DNA from: a virus
Lineage: Duplodnaviria > Caudoviricetes
Virus record (IMG/VR): IMGVR_UViG_3300014968_000012
Coordinates: 23,250 to 87,249 of that record
Length of the DNA stretch: 64,000 nt
Direction: 5' to 3' (one strand)
A model generated the notes under the pieces. The model made no database searches, was not told where the DNA came from, and saw nothing but the letters and a program-made list of their open reading frames with translations. Below are positions 27,108 to 36,252 of this stretch, one piece after another. How positions within the stretch are numbered: the first letter of the stretch is position 1; each line of letters begins with the position of its first letter. A program made the translations under genes and the position numbers.

Positions 27108-27644
27108 ATGACCGTCCAGCCCCTCGCCGCCGCCGTCACGCCGGCCGCCCCCGGCGCCGACGCGTGGATCCCGGCCCCGGCCCCGGCCGCCGACAACACC
27201 GCCACGGCGGACAAGCCCAAGGGCAAGCGCCGGAAGAAGACCGGTGAGGACGTCACGGCGGACATGCTGCCCCGCATGCTCCGTTCGCTGCGTCAGTCCT
27301 GGACCGACAACCCCGAGCTGATGGCCTACTACCCGGAGTTGCTGCGCATTCTCCAGGAGTCGCGTCAGGTGGCCGTGGCCAACACCCTGGAGGGTCGCCG
27401 CCAGGACGTGTCCGACGTCCACGCCTGGTCCGCCCGGGACCTGGGCGAGGCGCTGGGCATCACGCGTCAGTCCGCGCTTGAGCTCGCGACCAAGGGCCGC
27501 GCGGTCCTGGCCGAAGAGGCGGGGTACACGAACGTGTCCCGGTTCACCGCCGCCTACCGCGAGCGGATCAAGACGGCCGGCGTCCGGGCGAAGGTGGTGG
27601 AACTGCGCGAGCGGTTCGGCCAGCGCACCGGCACGGACGGCTGA
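27108..27644 (+). CDS. HTH DNA-binding protein
   Basis: WSARDLGEALGITRQSA HTH motif; RBS upstream. Confidence 0.7.
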   Translation: MTVQPLAAAVTPAAPGADAWIPAPAPAADNTATADKPKGKRRKKTGEDVTADMLPRMLRSLRQSWTDNPELMAYYPELLRILQESRQVAVANTLEGRRQDVSDVHAWSARDLGEALGITRQSALELATKGRAVLAEEAGYTNVSRFTAAYRERIKTAGVRAKVVELRERFGQRTGTDG

Positions 27645-27677
27645 GGCGTAGCGGCGACTACGCCGCCCCGAGCATGA

Positions 27678-27716
27678 CCAAGGGCCCGGAACCCCCCGCA
27701 GGGATCCGGGCCCTTG
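27678..27716. terminator. Bidirectional hairpin between convergent genes
   Basis: aagggcccgga...tccgggccctt. Confidence 0.6.
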
Positions 27717-27757
27717 GTGTTGCACGGGAATCGGTCCCGAGCGGCGCACGCTCCAGA

Positions 27758-28342
27758 CTACGGCGCGCCGGCCTCGTCGCCGGCGTCCGTCGGCGCCGGG
27801 CACGCGGCGTGTCGGTAGAACGTCGGCGCGCCGGTGGTCACGTGCCGGGAGACCACGAAGATGCGGCCCTGCGACACGGCCCGGGCCAGGAACACGTTCA
27901 GCACGCTGACGCTCGCGGCCGTCACGATCGGCCGTTCACACACGGTACAGATCACCTTCACGCCGCCGCTGGCCGCCGCCGCCACCGTGTCCGGCTTCGG
28001 CGACACGGCATCGCGCAAGCGTTGCGCGTCCCGGGCCAGCGTAGAGGCGGCGCCCTTGACGTCCCGGCAAATCGCGCCCACGCGCTCGTCACAGTCGGGG
28101 CCGGCGGCGATGGCGTCGGCCACGTTGGACAGCATGGAGCCCACCGCGGCGGCGGTCCACATGAGGTCCGCCACGAGCGCGGCGGGGAGCTGGGCGCCGG
28201 AAGCCTGGAGCATTGCCGGTTGGAGCCGGGCGCGGGCGGCCTCCACCGGCCCGATCATCTCGGTGACGAGTGCGGCCGTGGTCTCGGCAGTCTGGGCGGC
28301 GATGAATCCGAGCGGTGGCGGCGTGGCGTTTGGTTCGGTCAC
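27758..28342 (-). CDS. Hypothetical protein with a C-terminal CxxC...H.C zinc motif
   Basis: RBS and codon bias; ICTVCERP...RHAAC. Confidence 0.65.
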   Translation of the reverse strand: MTEPNATPPPLGFIAAQTAETTAALVTEMIGPVEAARARLQPAMLQASGAQLPAALVADLMWTAAAVGSMLSNVADAIAAGPDCDERVGAICRDVKGAASTLARDAQRLRDAVSPKPDTVAAAASGGVKVICTVCERPIVTAASVSVLNVFLARAVSQGRIFVVSRHVTTGAPTFYRHAACPAPTDAGDEAGAP

Positions 28343-28414
28343 AGCGAGGTTCCCTCCATCGGGGGCTGACGGGGGCGGCCCCCGCGCGGGGTGCGCGGGG
28401 GCCGGTGAAGCTTG

Positions 28415-29998
28415 TCAGAACGTGGCGCCGGCGGCGGCTTCGGCGGCAATCGCCGCCTGTCCGCAGCGCAGGCAGACGCGCTCATTGTCTATGAGGTACG
28501 TCACCTCGCGCGGGTTGATCTCGTCGCCGCAGGCCGGGCACGGCCCCGTGGGGTCCGGCTCGGGGCTCGGGCCGGGCCGCGTGTCGGCGTTGCCCTGGAT
28601 GTGCCAGGGCTCTTCCATGGAGTCCGGCTCGGCGGCGTCGTCCGGCGGCTCTTCGGCCCACTCGTCGCCGCGGCGCTCGTTGTCGCCGAGATCGTCCGCC
28701 GCCGCGCCGGCGTCCCCGGCGGGGATGTCCAGCCGCATGGTGTCCGACACCAGCGGGACGTTCGCCGTCGGGTCGCTGGCGGCCGCCGAGTCCGGCGCCG
28801 CCGGCACGCTCGGCGCGGCCTGGTGGCCGGCGTCGGCCGGAGCGGCGTCGGCGCTCGGGGCGGCGGGAGCCGGGACAAGCGCTTGCAGCGCCTTGCCGAG
28901 CGTTGCGCGCGCGTCGGGGATGAATACGTGGATCAGGTTGCCGCGCTGGTGGTACCGGGCGCCCCGCCAGATGTGGCGAAGCGCTTCCGGGTCGTCGGCG
29001 ACCAGGCGGGCCGCGTCGTACGCCTGGATCGCGGCGTCCGTCATGTCGAAGACCTGGGCGGCGGCCTCGTCGGCGGCGGTGTGCGGGTCGGGGAGGATGA
29101 CCCCGGACTGGATCAGTTCCTCCGCGATGTAGAGGCCTGCGAACTTGTCCGGGTAGGCCTTCCGCAGCGCGAGCGCTTCGGCGCACTTGGCGATCATGTG
29201 GTCAGGCATCGTCGCGGCCAGCGCTTTGGGGTTCGGGTAGAACGAGGCGAACCGGGCCACGCCCCACACCGGCGCCCGGAAGCCCCGGTGAAGCACGCCG
29301 ACGCGGGCGGCGTGCGGGTTGCCGTCGCCGAGCCACACGTCCATCCACTGACCGTTGCGGCCGCACCACAGCGGTTCCGTCTGCCCCTCGTACGTGCCCT
29401 GACGTGAGGCCACGAGGCGGAACCCGTCGATATAGGTCGCCACTTTGTAGACCGGGACCGAGCGCTGGACGTCGCGCATCACGTCGCCGATGAGTTCTTT
29501 CGTCGTCGTGTTCCGGTTGTCGGAGCGCAGATAGATCGCGTTGTCGAACGGGCTCAGGTCGGTACGCCGCCAGACGCGGAACAACAGCCGGCGGGCCGCC
29601 CGGTGCTCGGGGACGCCCATCGCGTCAAGTTCCTCGTGTTCCTCGTCGGTGAAGTCCGACCGGTTGGCCAGGCCGTCGAAGTCCGGCCGCAGGAACGCCG
29701 GCGCGGTCCGGCGCTCGCCGGCGTCCGGGGCCGGCGCCGCCGGCGCGGCGGGGGCCTCGTCGGCGGTGGACTCGGCGGCCGGCGTCGCCGGCGTGGCGTC
29801 CGGGGCCGGCTCGGCGGCGGCCGCGTTCTTCACGGCGCTGGCGCGGGGGCGGCGCGGCCTGGTCGGCTTGGGCGTCTCGCCGACGGCCTGACCGTCGGCG
29901 GTGGGGGCCGTCGGATTGGCGTCGTTACCTGCCGTTTTGGTCTTGGCCGTCTTGGCGGTGCTCTTGCTCTCGGGTACCGTGGTCATACGGCATCGCAT
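28415..29998 (-). CDS. bet: Bet/Red-beta-family single-strand annealing protein with long disordered extensions
   Basis: LSPF...IY, IDGFRLVA.R, P.AARVGV..RG, W.....MP.HM.AKCAEALALRKAYP...GLY..EE. Confidence 0.88.
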   Translation of the reverse strand: MRCRMTTVPESKSTAKTAKTKTAGNDANPTAPTADGQAVGETPKPTRPRRPRASAVKNAAAAEPAPDATPATPAAESTADEAPAAPAAPAPDAGERRTAPAFLRPDFDGLANRSDFTDEEHEELDAMGVPEHRAARRLLFRVWRRTDLSPFDNAIYLRSDNRNTTTKELIGDVMRDVQRSVPVYKVATYIDGFRLVASRQGTYEGQTEPLWCGRNGQWMDVWLGDGNPHAARVGVLHRGFRAPVWGVARFASFYPNPKALAATMPDHMIAKCAEALALRKAYPDKFAGLYIAEELIQSGVILPDPHTAADEAAAQVFDMTDAAIQAYDAARLVADDPEALRHIWRGARYHQRGNLIHVFIPDARATLGKALQALVPAPAAPSADAAPADAGHQAAPSVPAAPDSAAASDPTANVPLVSDTMRLDIPAGDAGAAADDLGDNERRGDEWAEEPPDDAAEPDSMEEPWHIQGNADTRPGPSPEPDPTGPCPACGDEINPREVTYLIDNERVCLRCGQAAIAAEAAAGATF

Positions 29999-30125
29999 CC
30001 TTTCGACATTGCTTGGCGGCGTGGCGATTTGGTTTTGGTGTCAGGTGGGACGTAGGGGCGTCATATCCGCTGGGGCTCGTCCGGTGTCAGCCGGCTTGCC
30101 CGCCCGGTGTGGCGTCCCTCGTCGT

Positions 30126-30620
30126 CTATCCGGCGCGTTTCCGGCTGGGAAGCGTGCGGCGGGTGGGTTTCCCGTCGGGGTCCAGCACACCGATGCTCTT
30201 GCCCCAGTGGACCAGCGCGTCCGTCTCGCAGTACGCGCCGGCGTAGGACTTCCCGCCGCCGGGCTTCTCCTCCACGTTGTGCACGAGGCCGGCCGGGAAC
30301 TTCCCGGTGGACAGCCACGTACGTAGGCTCACGGCCGTGATGCCCAAGAGCTCGGGCACGTCGGCGTAGGCAGTGGTGGAGCTCGGCGGCCGCACCGGCG
30401 CGGGGAACCGGCCGGCGGCGAGCATGGTCGTGGCCAAGGGGACCTGTTCCGACGTGAGCGTGTAGCGCTCGCCGTTGTTCAGGTCCACCACCCATGAGGG
30501 CTTGGACTCCCGGGAGCCGGTCACGTACGTGAACCCCTGGATCAGGTGGTCGTCCATGGCGAATTGCAGCATGCTGCGTCGCTCTTCGATGAGCTCCCAC
30601 GGGTTGTGCGGACGTGCCAT
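30126..30620 (-). CDS. HTH (excisionase/MerR-like) protein
   Basis: YADVPELLGITAVSLRTWLSTGKFP. Confidence 0.65.
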   Translation of the reverse strand: MARPHNPWELIEERRSMLQFAMDDHLIQGFTYVTGSRESKPSWVVDLNNGERYTLTSEQVPLATTMLAAGRFPAPVRPPSSTTAYADVPELLGITAVSLRTWLSTGKFPAGLVHNVEEKPGGGKSYAGAYCETDALVHWGKSIGVLDPDGKPTRRTLPSRKRAG

Positions 30621-30708
30621 GCGGCCTCATTTCGGGGTCGGGGAAGACGATTAAATGTTACAGTCTGGCCCGCCACATAGCAACGTGGCGGGAGGGCTTG
30701 CGCGCTGG

Positions 30709-31116
30709 TCAGCGGCCGGCGGTGTGCGCGATCCGGGCGAGCTCGGCGCGGGCCCCGAAGTACTCGGCGGCGCGGGCCTCCCGCTCCTTGCGCTTGCTGA
30801 CGATCATCAGTTGGAGCGTGCTCAGGGCCTCGTCCTGGCGCGAGATCGGGTCGGAGTTGTTGCCGGCGTACTCCACGATCCAGCCCGAGAACGTGGACCC
30901 CTCGCGCTTGGTGAACTTGCGCACGGTGCCCGGGGCGTGCCATCCGCCGTCGCGGCCCGTGTAGTCCAGGTCAGCGTCCTGGATCCGGCCGTCCCGGTGG
31001 TCCAGCTCCACGAGCCACCACGCGCCGGCGGCCACCTTCACGAGGAACAACAGCGGCTCGTCTTCGACGGGCGTCGCGATGCGGCCGCACTTGGTGGTGA
31101 TCTTCTGAGTCTTCAC
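30709..31116 (-). CDS. Hypothetical protein (cassette gene)
   Basis: Directly downstream of a promoter-leader cassette. Confidence 0.7.
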   Translation of the reverse strand: MKTQKITTKCGRIATPVEDEPLLFLVKVAAGAWWLVELDHRDGRIQDADLDYTGRDGGWHAPGTVRKFTKREGSTFSGWIVEYAGNNSDPISRQDEALSTLQLMIVSKRKEREARAAEYFGARAELARIAHTAGR

Positions 31117-31123
31117 GGTGGTT

Positions 31124-31188
31124 CCCCTCGTTCGCTTGGCGGCGTGTTCGTCCTCTGACGATACAGTGTCGAGTTCGGCACTGTCAAC
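31124..31188 (-). promoter_or_regulatory. Conserved promoter-leader cassette
   Basis: TTGACA(31187-82)-N18-TATCGT, then CACGCCGCCAAGCGA and an RBS. Confidence 0.85.
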
Positions 31189-31385
31189 GCGAGTGATGGG
31201 GCGGCCGCCTGGAGGGGAGACGAGAAACGGGCCGTCCGGCGGCGGTGATCGCGGCGCCGGACGGCCCGTGCGCGGACGGCGCCGGCCGGGGGGGTGAGCC
31301 TGCGCGGTCCGAACTAGCAGGCGCGCCGCGCGACGGTGTTACGCGGTGTTGCGGGGAGAACACGCGGCGCGCCCTACTTACGAAG

Positions 31386-32039
31386 CTAGCGCGGCTCCCC
31401 GCCGACGGCCAGCACCCCGGCCGACCCGTCACTGAGCCGGGCCCGCTCGGCGTTGACGATCATCTCCAGGAACGAGCCCGGGCGCGCCCCGTCGGACACC
31501 AGCCACATGATGATCTGATCCCGCGCGACCTCGGGGCCCGGGAGCCCGCGCACGGCGGCGAGCGCGCACATGTAGCCGTACACGCCGGCTTCGGCCAGGG
31601 CCGCGCGCAGGCCGGCCCGCTGGTGCGGCGCCAGCGATTCCAGCGCGTCCGACTCGGCGCCGTCGGCGGCCTCGTCGGAGTGGGTCAGCAGACGTCGAAG
31701 CTCGGCGCGGGCCCGCGTCCACGCCTCGCCGTCCACCGGCCCGGGCTCGTCCAGCCACCGCGCGGCGGCCGCCGCGGCTTCGGCTTCCTCGGGCGTCGGG
31801 TGGGCGGCGACGTACGCCGCCACGGCGGCCCCGTGGGGCAGCGGCTCCCGGACGCCGTCCGAGCACGAGCACAATCCGAAGCGCCGGCGCGGCCCGCACG
31901 AGCCGTCGCCGCGGCGGTGGTAGCACTCCGAGTCGTCGGCGTGCACCTTGATGACGGTCCGCAGGTGGATGACGGGCAGGACCGGCGCGGCGCTCACCGC
32001 GTCGGCGTCGCCGCCGGGGGTCGTGATGCTCTCGGGCAT
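31386..32039 (-). CDS. Hypothetical protein
   Basis: RBS GAGAGGAACC; codon bias; C.H...C...CSC cluster. Confidence 0.65.
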   Translation of the reverse strand: MPESITTPGGDADAVSAAPVLPVIHLRTVIKVHADDSECYHRRGDGSCGPRRRFGLCSCSDGVREPLPHGAAVAAYVAAHPTPEEAEAAAAAARWLDEPGPVDGEAWTRARAELRRLLTHSDEAADGAESDALESLAPHQRAGLRAALAEAGVYGYMCALAAVRGLPGPEVARDQIIMWLVSDGARPGSFLEMIVNAERARLSDGSAGVLAVGGEPR

Positions 32040-32152
32040 CGTGGTTCCTCTCGATCGGTGGGGGCGTGGCGCCCCGGGGCTCAGGTAGAGAACGAGCGCG
32101 GCCGCCGACGCGTGGTGTGCGCCGGCGGCCGCGCTCGCGCAGGGGACGTGCG

Positions 32153-32482
32153 TCAGAACAGGTCGGCCAGCGGCGCCGGCCAGAGCCGGGCAAGCTGGAC
32201 GGCCGCCCAGTCCCGGGCCCGCTCGTCGGGCGCCGGCGCCGGGTCCCCGGGCGTCGCCGGCGCCGGGCGCCGGGTGGCGGACATGCCCCGGTCGTACAGG
32301 ACGGCCCGGACGTGTTCCTCCAGGGAACTGATCCGGGGCGTGGCCGGTCGGCCCCGCATCGGGTGGGCGGCCAACAGGACGCCGAGCTCGGGCCGGGTCA
32401 GGCGGAACGTCGTCGGGACGGATGCCCGCTCGGCGCCGTCGGTGTGCCCGACGGTCGTCCGGAACGTCATCGGCGCCGGCAC
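32153..32482 (-). CDS. Hypothetical protein
   Basis: Operonic with the upstream gene; start codon uncertain. Confidence 0.5.
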   Translation of the reverse strand: MPAPMTFRTTVGHTDGAERASVPTTFRLTRPELGVLLAAHPMRGRPATPRISSLEEHVRAVLYDRGMSATRRPAPATPGDPAPAPDERARDWAAVQLARLWPAPLADLF

Positions 32483-32483
32483 G

Positions 32484-33134
32484 TCAGCGGCCCGTCTCGC
32501 CGGCGCTCGGCGTGCCGAACGCGGCGTGCACGATCCGGCGCACGGCGGCCAGGCGCTCGTCCGCGCCGTCGGGGTACCGGTCGTGGTGGTCCTCGTGGTC
32601 TTGCCACCCGTACGCCGCCTGGACGCGGACCTCGTCCTGGGCCCGGTGCCGGATCACGTCCACGATGGCGTCCCGGTCCTTGGCGTTCCAGGGGAACACG
32701 GCGGCGGGGTTGTGGTCCGGGCTGAAGATGAGGCGGTACATCAGCCCCACGAGCTCGGATTCCGTGAGCTCCAGCGTCACCGGGATGCGCGGCGGGTTGG
32801 CGACGTAGTCCCGGGCCGGCCCGAGGTCCGGCGCCGGCACGATGCACGGGAACAGCGCCGTCCGGGGCTCCCCGGTCTTGCGGCGGCGCAGGCCGACCAG
32901 GGCGGCGCGCCGGTGCTCGGTCGTCTCGCCGTTCACCCACCGGACGCGGACGGTGTCGCCGTGGTCCTCCACGAGGCGGCCGGCCATGATCGGGTCCCGC
33001 CGGTCGGCGATGTCCTGGCGGTGGGCGACGATGGCGCCGGCCTGGAAGCGGAGCGCGTTCGTGAGCGCCAGGTACGCGGTGTACGAGTGGTCGCCGTCGG
33101 GGACCGGCGGCGTGGTCGGGTCTGTGCTGGTCAT
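32484..33134 (-). CDS. Hypothetical protein
   Basis: RBS AGGAAGGAAC; operator copy 5 immediately upstream. Confidence 0.7.
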   Translation of the reverse strand: MTSTDPTTPPVPDGDHSYTAYLALTNALRFQAGAIVAHRQDIADRRDPIMAGRLVEDHGDTVRVRWVNGETTEHRRAALVGLRRRKTGEPRTALFPCIVPAPDLGPARDYVANPPRIPVTLELTESELVGLMYRLIFSPDHNPAAVFPWNAKDRDAIVDVIRHRAQDEVRVQAAYGWQDHEDHHDRYPDGADERLAAVRRIVHAAFGTPSAGETGR

Positions 33135-33160
33135 GGTGGGTCTTGTTCCTTCCTGGTGAG

Positions 33161-33181
33161 GTGACAGGGCGGTCCTGTCAC
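33161..33181. promoter_or_regulatory. Palindromic operator-like site, copy 5
   Basis: GTGACAGG-gcggt-CCTGTCAC next to an RBS. Confidence 0.75.
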
Positions 33182-33238
33182 CGGTGGGACTGGCCGGCGG
33201 CGGCCGCGTTGTCAGCCGCGGCCGCCGCCGGCGGGCGG

Positions 33239-33679
33239 TCAGTGGTCGGTGTGGGCCGGCTCGGCGGCCGGCGGGGTGTCGGCGGCGGCCGCGCGGCGCT
33301 CGTCCCGCAGGGCGGCGCGGTAAGCCACCCATTCCTCGGGGCTCATGCCGGAGTTGCTGAACTCCCGGACGCTGTCCATCACGCGGCCCTTGAACCTGCG
33401 GACCGCCTCGCCGGCGTCGCGCGCCGGGACGTCGGCCGGGATCGGCTCGTACGTCAACAGGACGTCGGCCATCAGGTCCACGGCCGCCTCGTACGCCGCG
33501 CTCGCCGCGCCGTACGCCGGGCTCTGGCGCGGGTGGCCGCCGCGGGCCGCGATCTTGGCGCGCAGGTGCTCCATGTCGGCGAAGCGCGCGCCGCAGGCCT
33601 TGAACATCGCGGGCAACAGCGCGGCGGGCGGGAGCGCCGGCGGCGCCGGGTATGTGACCGCCCGGGGCTGGTTCGTCAT
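33239..33679 (-). CDS. Hypothetical protein
   Basis: RBS AGGAAGGAAC; operator copy 6 immediately upstream. Confidence 0.7.
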   Translation of the reverse strand: MTNQPRAVTYPAPPALPPAALLPAMFKACGARFADMEHLRAKIAARGGHPRQSPAYGAASAAYEAAVDLMADVLLTYEPIPADVPARDAGEAVRRFKGRVMDSVREFSNSGMSPEEWVAYRAALRDERRAAAADTPPAAEPAHTDH

Positions 33680-33702
33680 GGTGCTGGTTCCTTCCTGGTT
33701 CG

Positions 33703-33723
33703 GTGACAGGGCCGGCCTGTCAC
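33703..33723. promoter_or_regulatory. Palindromic operator-like site, copy 6
   Basis: GTGACAGG-gccgg-CCTGTCAC next to an RBS. Confidence 0.75.
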
Positions 33724-33792
33724 CCGTCGGGCTGGGCGGCGGCGCTCGGGCTCGGGGCCCGGGCGCCGCCGCCGGTGGGCGTAGCGGACCGG

Positions 33793-34485
33793 TTAGAACG
33801 GCGGCTCGTTGATCGCCTTGTGGCACCCGCAGTCGCAGGCGGGGTCGAAGACCGGGAGGAACCAGCGGTCCCGGACCCGGTCGTCCCCGTAGCCGCCGGC
33901 CTCCCACGGCGGGGTGTCGGTGCGGAACTCCACGCCGTAGCCGGTGACCCGGTCGTGGTCGTGCATGCCGTACGTCGCCGGCTCCACCGCGTACCGGCCG
34001 TACTCGTCGTCGCGCTCGGGGGTGTACGGGAGCGTCCACAGCGGGGCGCCGGTGGCGTTCGCCGCCTCCACCGCGGCGTCCCACGTCGCGCGGGCCGCGA
34101 CCTCGTACGCCTCGTACGTGCCGGGCAGCGACGCGAGCTCGTCCAGGGTGAACGTGCCGGGGCGCATCCACGTGGGGCGGTTCGGGTCGGGGGTGTAGGG
34201 CAGGGGCGGGAGCGCGGGGCGGGTCGCGGTGGTCATGGTGTCCTCGTCGGTCGTGGTGGTCGGGGTGTCGTTGCACTTGGTCCGCAGGGCCTTGAACGCG
34301 CCGGCCAGGGCGGTGAGGGTGACGAGCGCCGGGTGGCCGGCGGGGAGCTGGGCGCGCAGGGCGTCCATCTCGCCGGCGACGCGGGCGGCCTGAAACGCGG
34401 CGTTGGCCAGGACGTCGTCCAGGGCGGCGGCGAACGGGGCCGGCGTGGTGGCCGGCGCCGGGGCGGTGGCGATCAGGGTTCGCAT
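33793..34485 (-). CDS. Hypothetical protein (cassette gene)
   Basis: Downstream of a cassette; ends in CDCGC...EPPF. Confidence 0.7.
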   Translation of the reverse strand: MRTLIATAPAPATTPAPFAAALDDVLANAAFQAARVAGEMDALRAQLPAGHPALVTLTALAGAFKALRTKCNDTPTTTTDEDTMTTATRPALPPLPYTPDPNRPTWMRPGTFTLDELASLPGTYEAYEVAARATWDAAVEAANATGAPLWTLPYTPERDDEYGRYAVEPATYGMHDHDRVTGYGVEFRTDTPPWEAGGYGDDRVRDRWFLPVFDPACDCGCHKAINEPPF

Positions 34486-34493
34486 CGTTCGTT

Positions 34494-34563
34494 CCTTACT
34501 CGCTTGGCGGCGTGGTCTTCCTTGCACGAATTACGTTACAGTGCCGATTCCCACACTGTCAAC
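34494..34563 (-). promoter_or_regulatory. Conserved promoter-leader cassette
   Basis: TTGACA(34562-57)-N18-TAACGT; CACGCCGCCAAGCGAG. Confidence 0.88.
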
Positions 34564-34594
34564 ATCCAGTGTGGGGATCGGCGCCGGGGAGGGA

Positions 34595-34960
34595 TCAGAG
34601 CAGGCCCAGCGACCACAGCGCGCCGGAACGGATCCCGTACCGGTCGTCGTCGGTCAGGCCGGGCAGGGTGCTGAGGTGGAAGAGGATCACGAACTCCGCG
34701 GCCGCGCGGCGCTCGGCGCGGTCCGCGTCGGCGTAATCGGCGGCCAGGGACTCGGTCAGCGTGGCCACGAGGAACATTTCCGGGGTGACGACGCCGGCGA
34801 CGACGCGCGCGCAGGTCACGCAAAGCCGGTCCTTGGGCTCACTCGGCTGACCGTTCACGCCGGGCCGGGCCTCGTACCCCATGCCGCACTCGGCGCACAT
34901 CCCGCAGCGGACGTAGCCGCCGCGGGCCGGGGTCATGTTGGCGGCATTGATGGAAGGCAT
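34595..34960 (-). CDS. Hypothetical zinc-finger protein (cassette gene)
   Basis: CAEC...CVTC; downstream of a cassette. Confidence 0.7.
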   Translation of the reverse strand: MPSINAANMTPARGGYVRCGMCAECGMGYEARPGVNGQPSEPKDRLCVTCARVVAGVVTPEMFLVATLTESLAADYADADRAERRAAAEFVILFHLSTLPGLTDDDRYGIRSGALWSLGLL

Positions 34961-34964
34961 TTCG

Positions 34965-35037
34965 GGTCCTTACTCGCTTGGCGGCGTGGTCTTCCTTGCG
35001 AGAACTACGTTACAGTGTCGCGCCCCGCACTGTCAAC
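34965..35037 (-). promoter_or_regulatory. Conserved promoter-leader cassette
   Basis: TTGACA(35036-31)-N18-TAACGT; CACGCCGCCAAGCGAG. Confidence 0.88.
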
Positions 35038-35065
35038 ACAGTGCGGGGCGCGACGGGCGGGGCGG

Positions 35066-35398
35066 CTAGCGGACCAGGGCGGCCAGGCCGGCGGCGTCGG
35101 CCAGGCGCTCGGGCGTGCGCGCGGTCACCGTCTCGGGGACCAGGCGGATGTCCGCGTTCAGGCCGACGTTCAGCATCCGGAAGTCGGCCGGGTCGCCGGC
35201 GTACGCCGAGACGATCAGGGCGCACGCGGTGTCCGACGGGACGGCCGGCGCCTTGACGTTCTGGACCTCGTACCAGCCGCCGGAGGACAGGCGGACCAGG
35301 CGCCCGACGAGCTCCAGGCGCAGGGTCGCCAGGTCACGGCCGGCGCAGGTGTAAGCCTCGTACGCCTTGTCCAGGTTGGCGGCGGCGAACTTGTTCAT
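35066..35398 (-). CDS. Hypothetical protein (cassette gene)
   Basis: Downstream of a cassette. Confidence 0.7.
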   Translation of the reverse strand: MNKFAAANLDKAYEAYTCAGRDLATLRLELVGRLVRLSSGGWYEVQNVKAPAVPSDTACALIVSAYAGDPADFRMLNVGLNADIRLVPETVTARTPERLADAAGLAALVR

Positions 35399-35401
35399 CG
35401 T

Positions 35402-35471
35402 GGTCCCTCTCGCTTGGCGGCGTGTTTCCTTACGAGAGAAACGTTACAGTGCCGCACCCCACACTGTCAAC
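35402..35471 (-). promoter_or_regulatory. Conserved promoter-leader cassette
   Basis: TTGACA(35470-65)-N18-TAACGT; CACGCCGCCAAGCGAGAGGGACC. Confidence 0.9.
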
Positions 35472-35509
35472 GTGTGCGAGGTGCGGCACTGTTACCGCAG
35501 GTCAGGACC

Positions 35510-36169
35510 CTACGAGCGGTGACCGCCGCGGGGCGCGATGGCGTCGCGCCGCTTCTGTTCGGAGACGGTCAGGCCGCCCACCGTCGTGGCGTCCAGCTCG
35601 GCGGCGCGCGCCAGGTGAAGGGCGTCGTCCGCGTCGGCGAACACCGAATGCGCCAGGGCGGTGAGGTCGTCCACCTGCGTGCGGGCGGCGCGGGCGGCGG
35701 CGATGCGCTCGCGCGTCGCGGCGGCACGGGCGGCGAGCTCGGCGGCCGGCGCGGCGATAGCGTGGTCACGGGCCATCCGGTCCCGGGCGGCGCGGCCGTC
35801 GTCCTCCCGGCGCTTGAGCTCGGTCAGGCCGTCGTGGACGGCCCGGGCCCGGGCCAGCGTGACTTGCGCCGCGCGGTGGGCGCGGCCGCCGGCGCTGTCC
35901 TCGTCCGGGCACAACCCCTGACGTTCGATGCGCTCGCCGTCGGCGTGGACGTGGACGACCGGGCAGCGCTCGGACGCCAGGTCTTCGGCGTGCCAGGCCG
36001 CGCGGTACGTCTCCCAAGCGCCCCGGATCAGCACCTCCAGGCCCGGGCAGTAGTGCGGCCGGCCGGCGTCGTCGGCGACGTCGGCGCGCGCGGCCGCGTC
36101 CATCGCCGGCGCCTGGTCGGCCAGCGCGATGGCAGCGAACGGGTCGGCCGCCGGTTGAACGTGATTCAT
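35510..36169 (-). CDS. Hypothetical protein
   Basis: RBS AAGGA; codon bias. Confidence 0.65.
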   Translation of the reverse strand: MNHVQPAADPFAAIALADQAPAMDAAARADVADDAGRPHYCPGLEVLIRGAWETYRAAWHAEDLASERCPVVHVHADGERIERQGLCPDEDSAGGRAHRAAQVTLARARAVHDGLTELKRREDDGRAARDRMARDHAIAAPAAELAARAAATRERIAAARAARTQVDDLTALAHSVFADADDALHLARAAELDATTVGGLTVSEQKRRDAIAPRGGHRS

Positions 36170-36252
36170 GAATCGTGATCCTTAGGTCAGGTGGCTGAGG
36201 TGTCGGCCCCGGTGCCGGGCGCTGTCAGACGCCCGGCACCGGGGGTCGTGCT

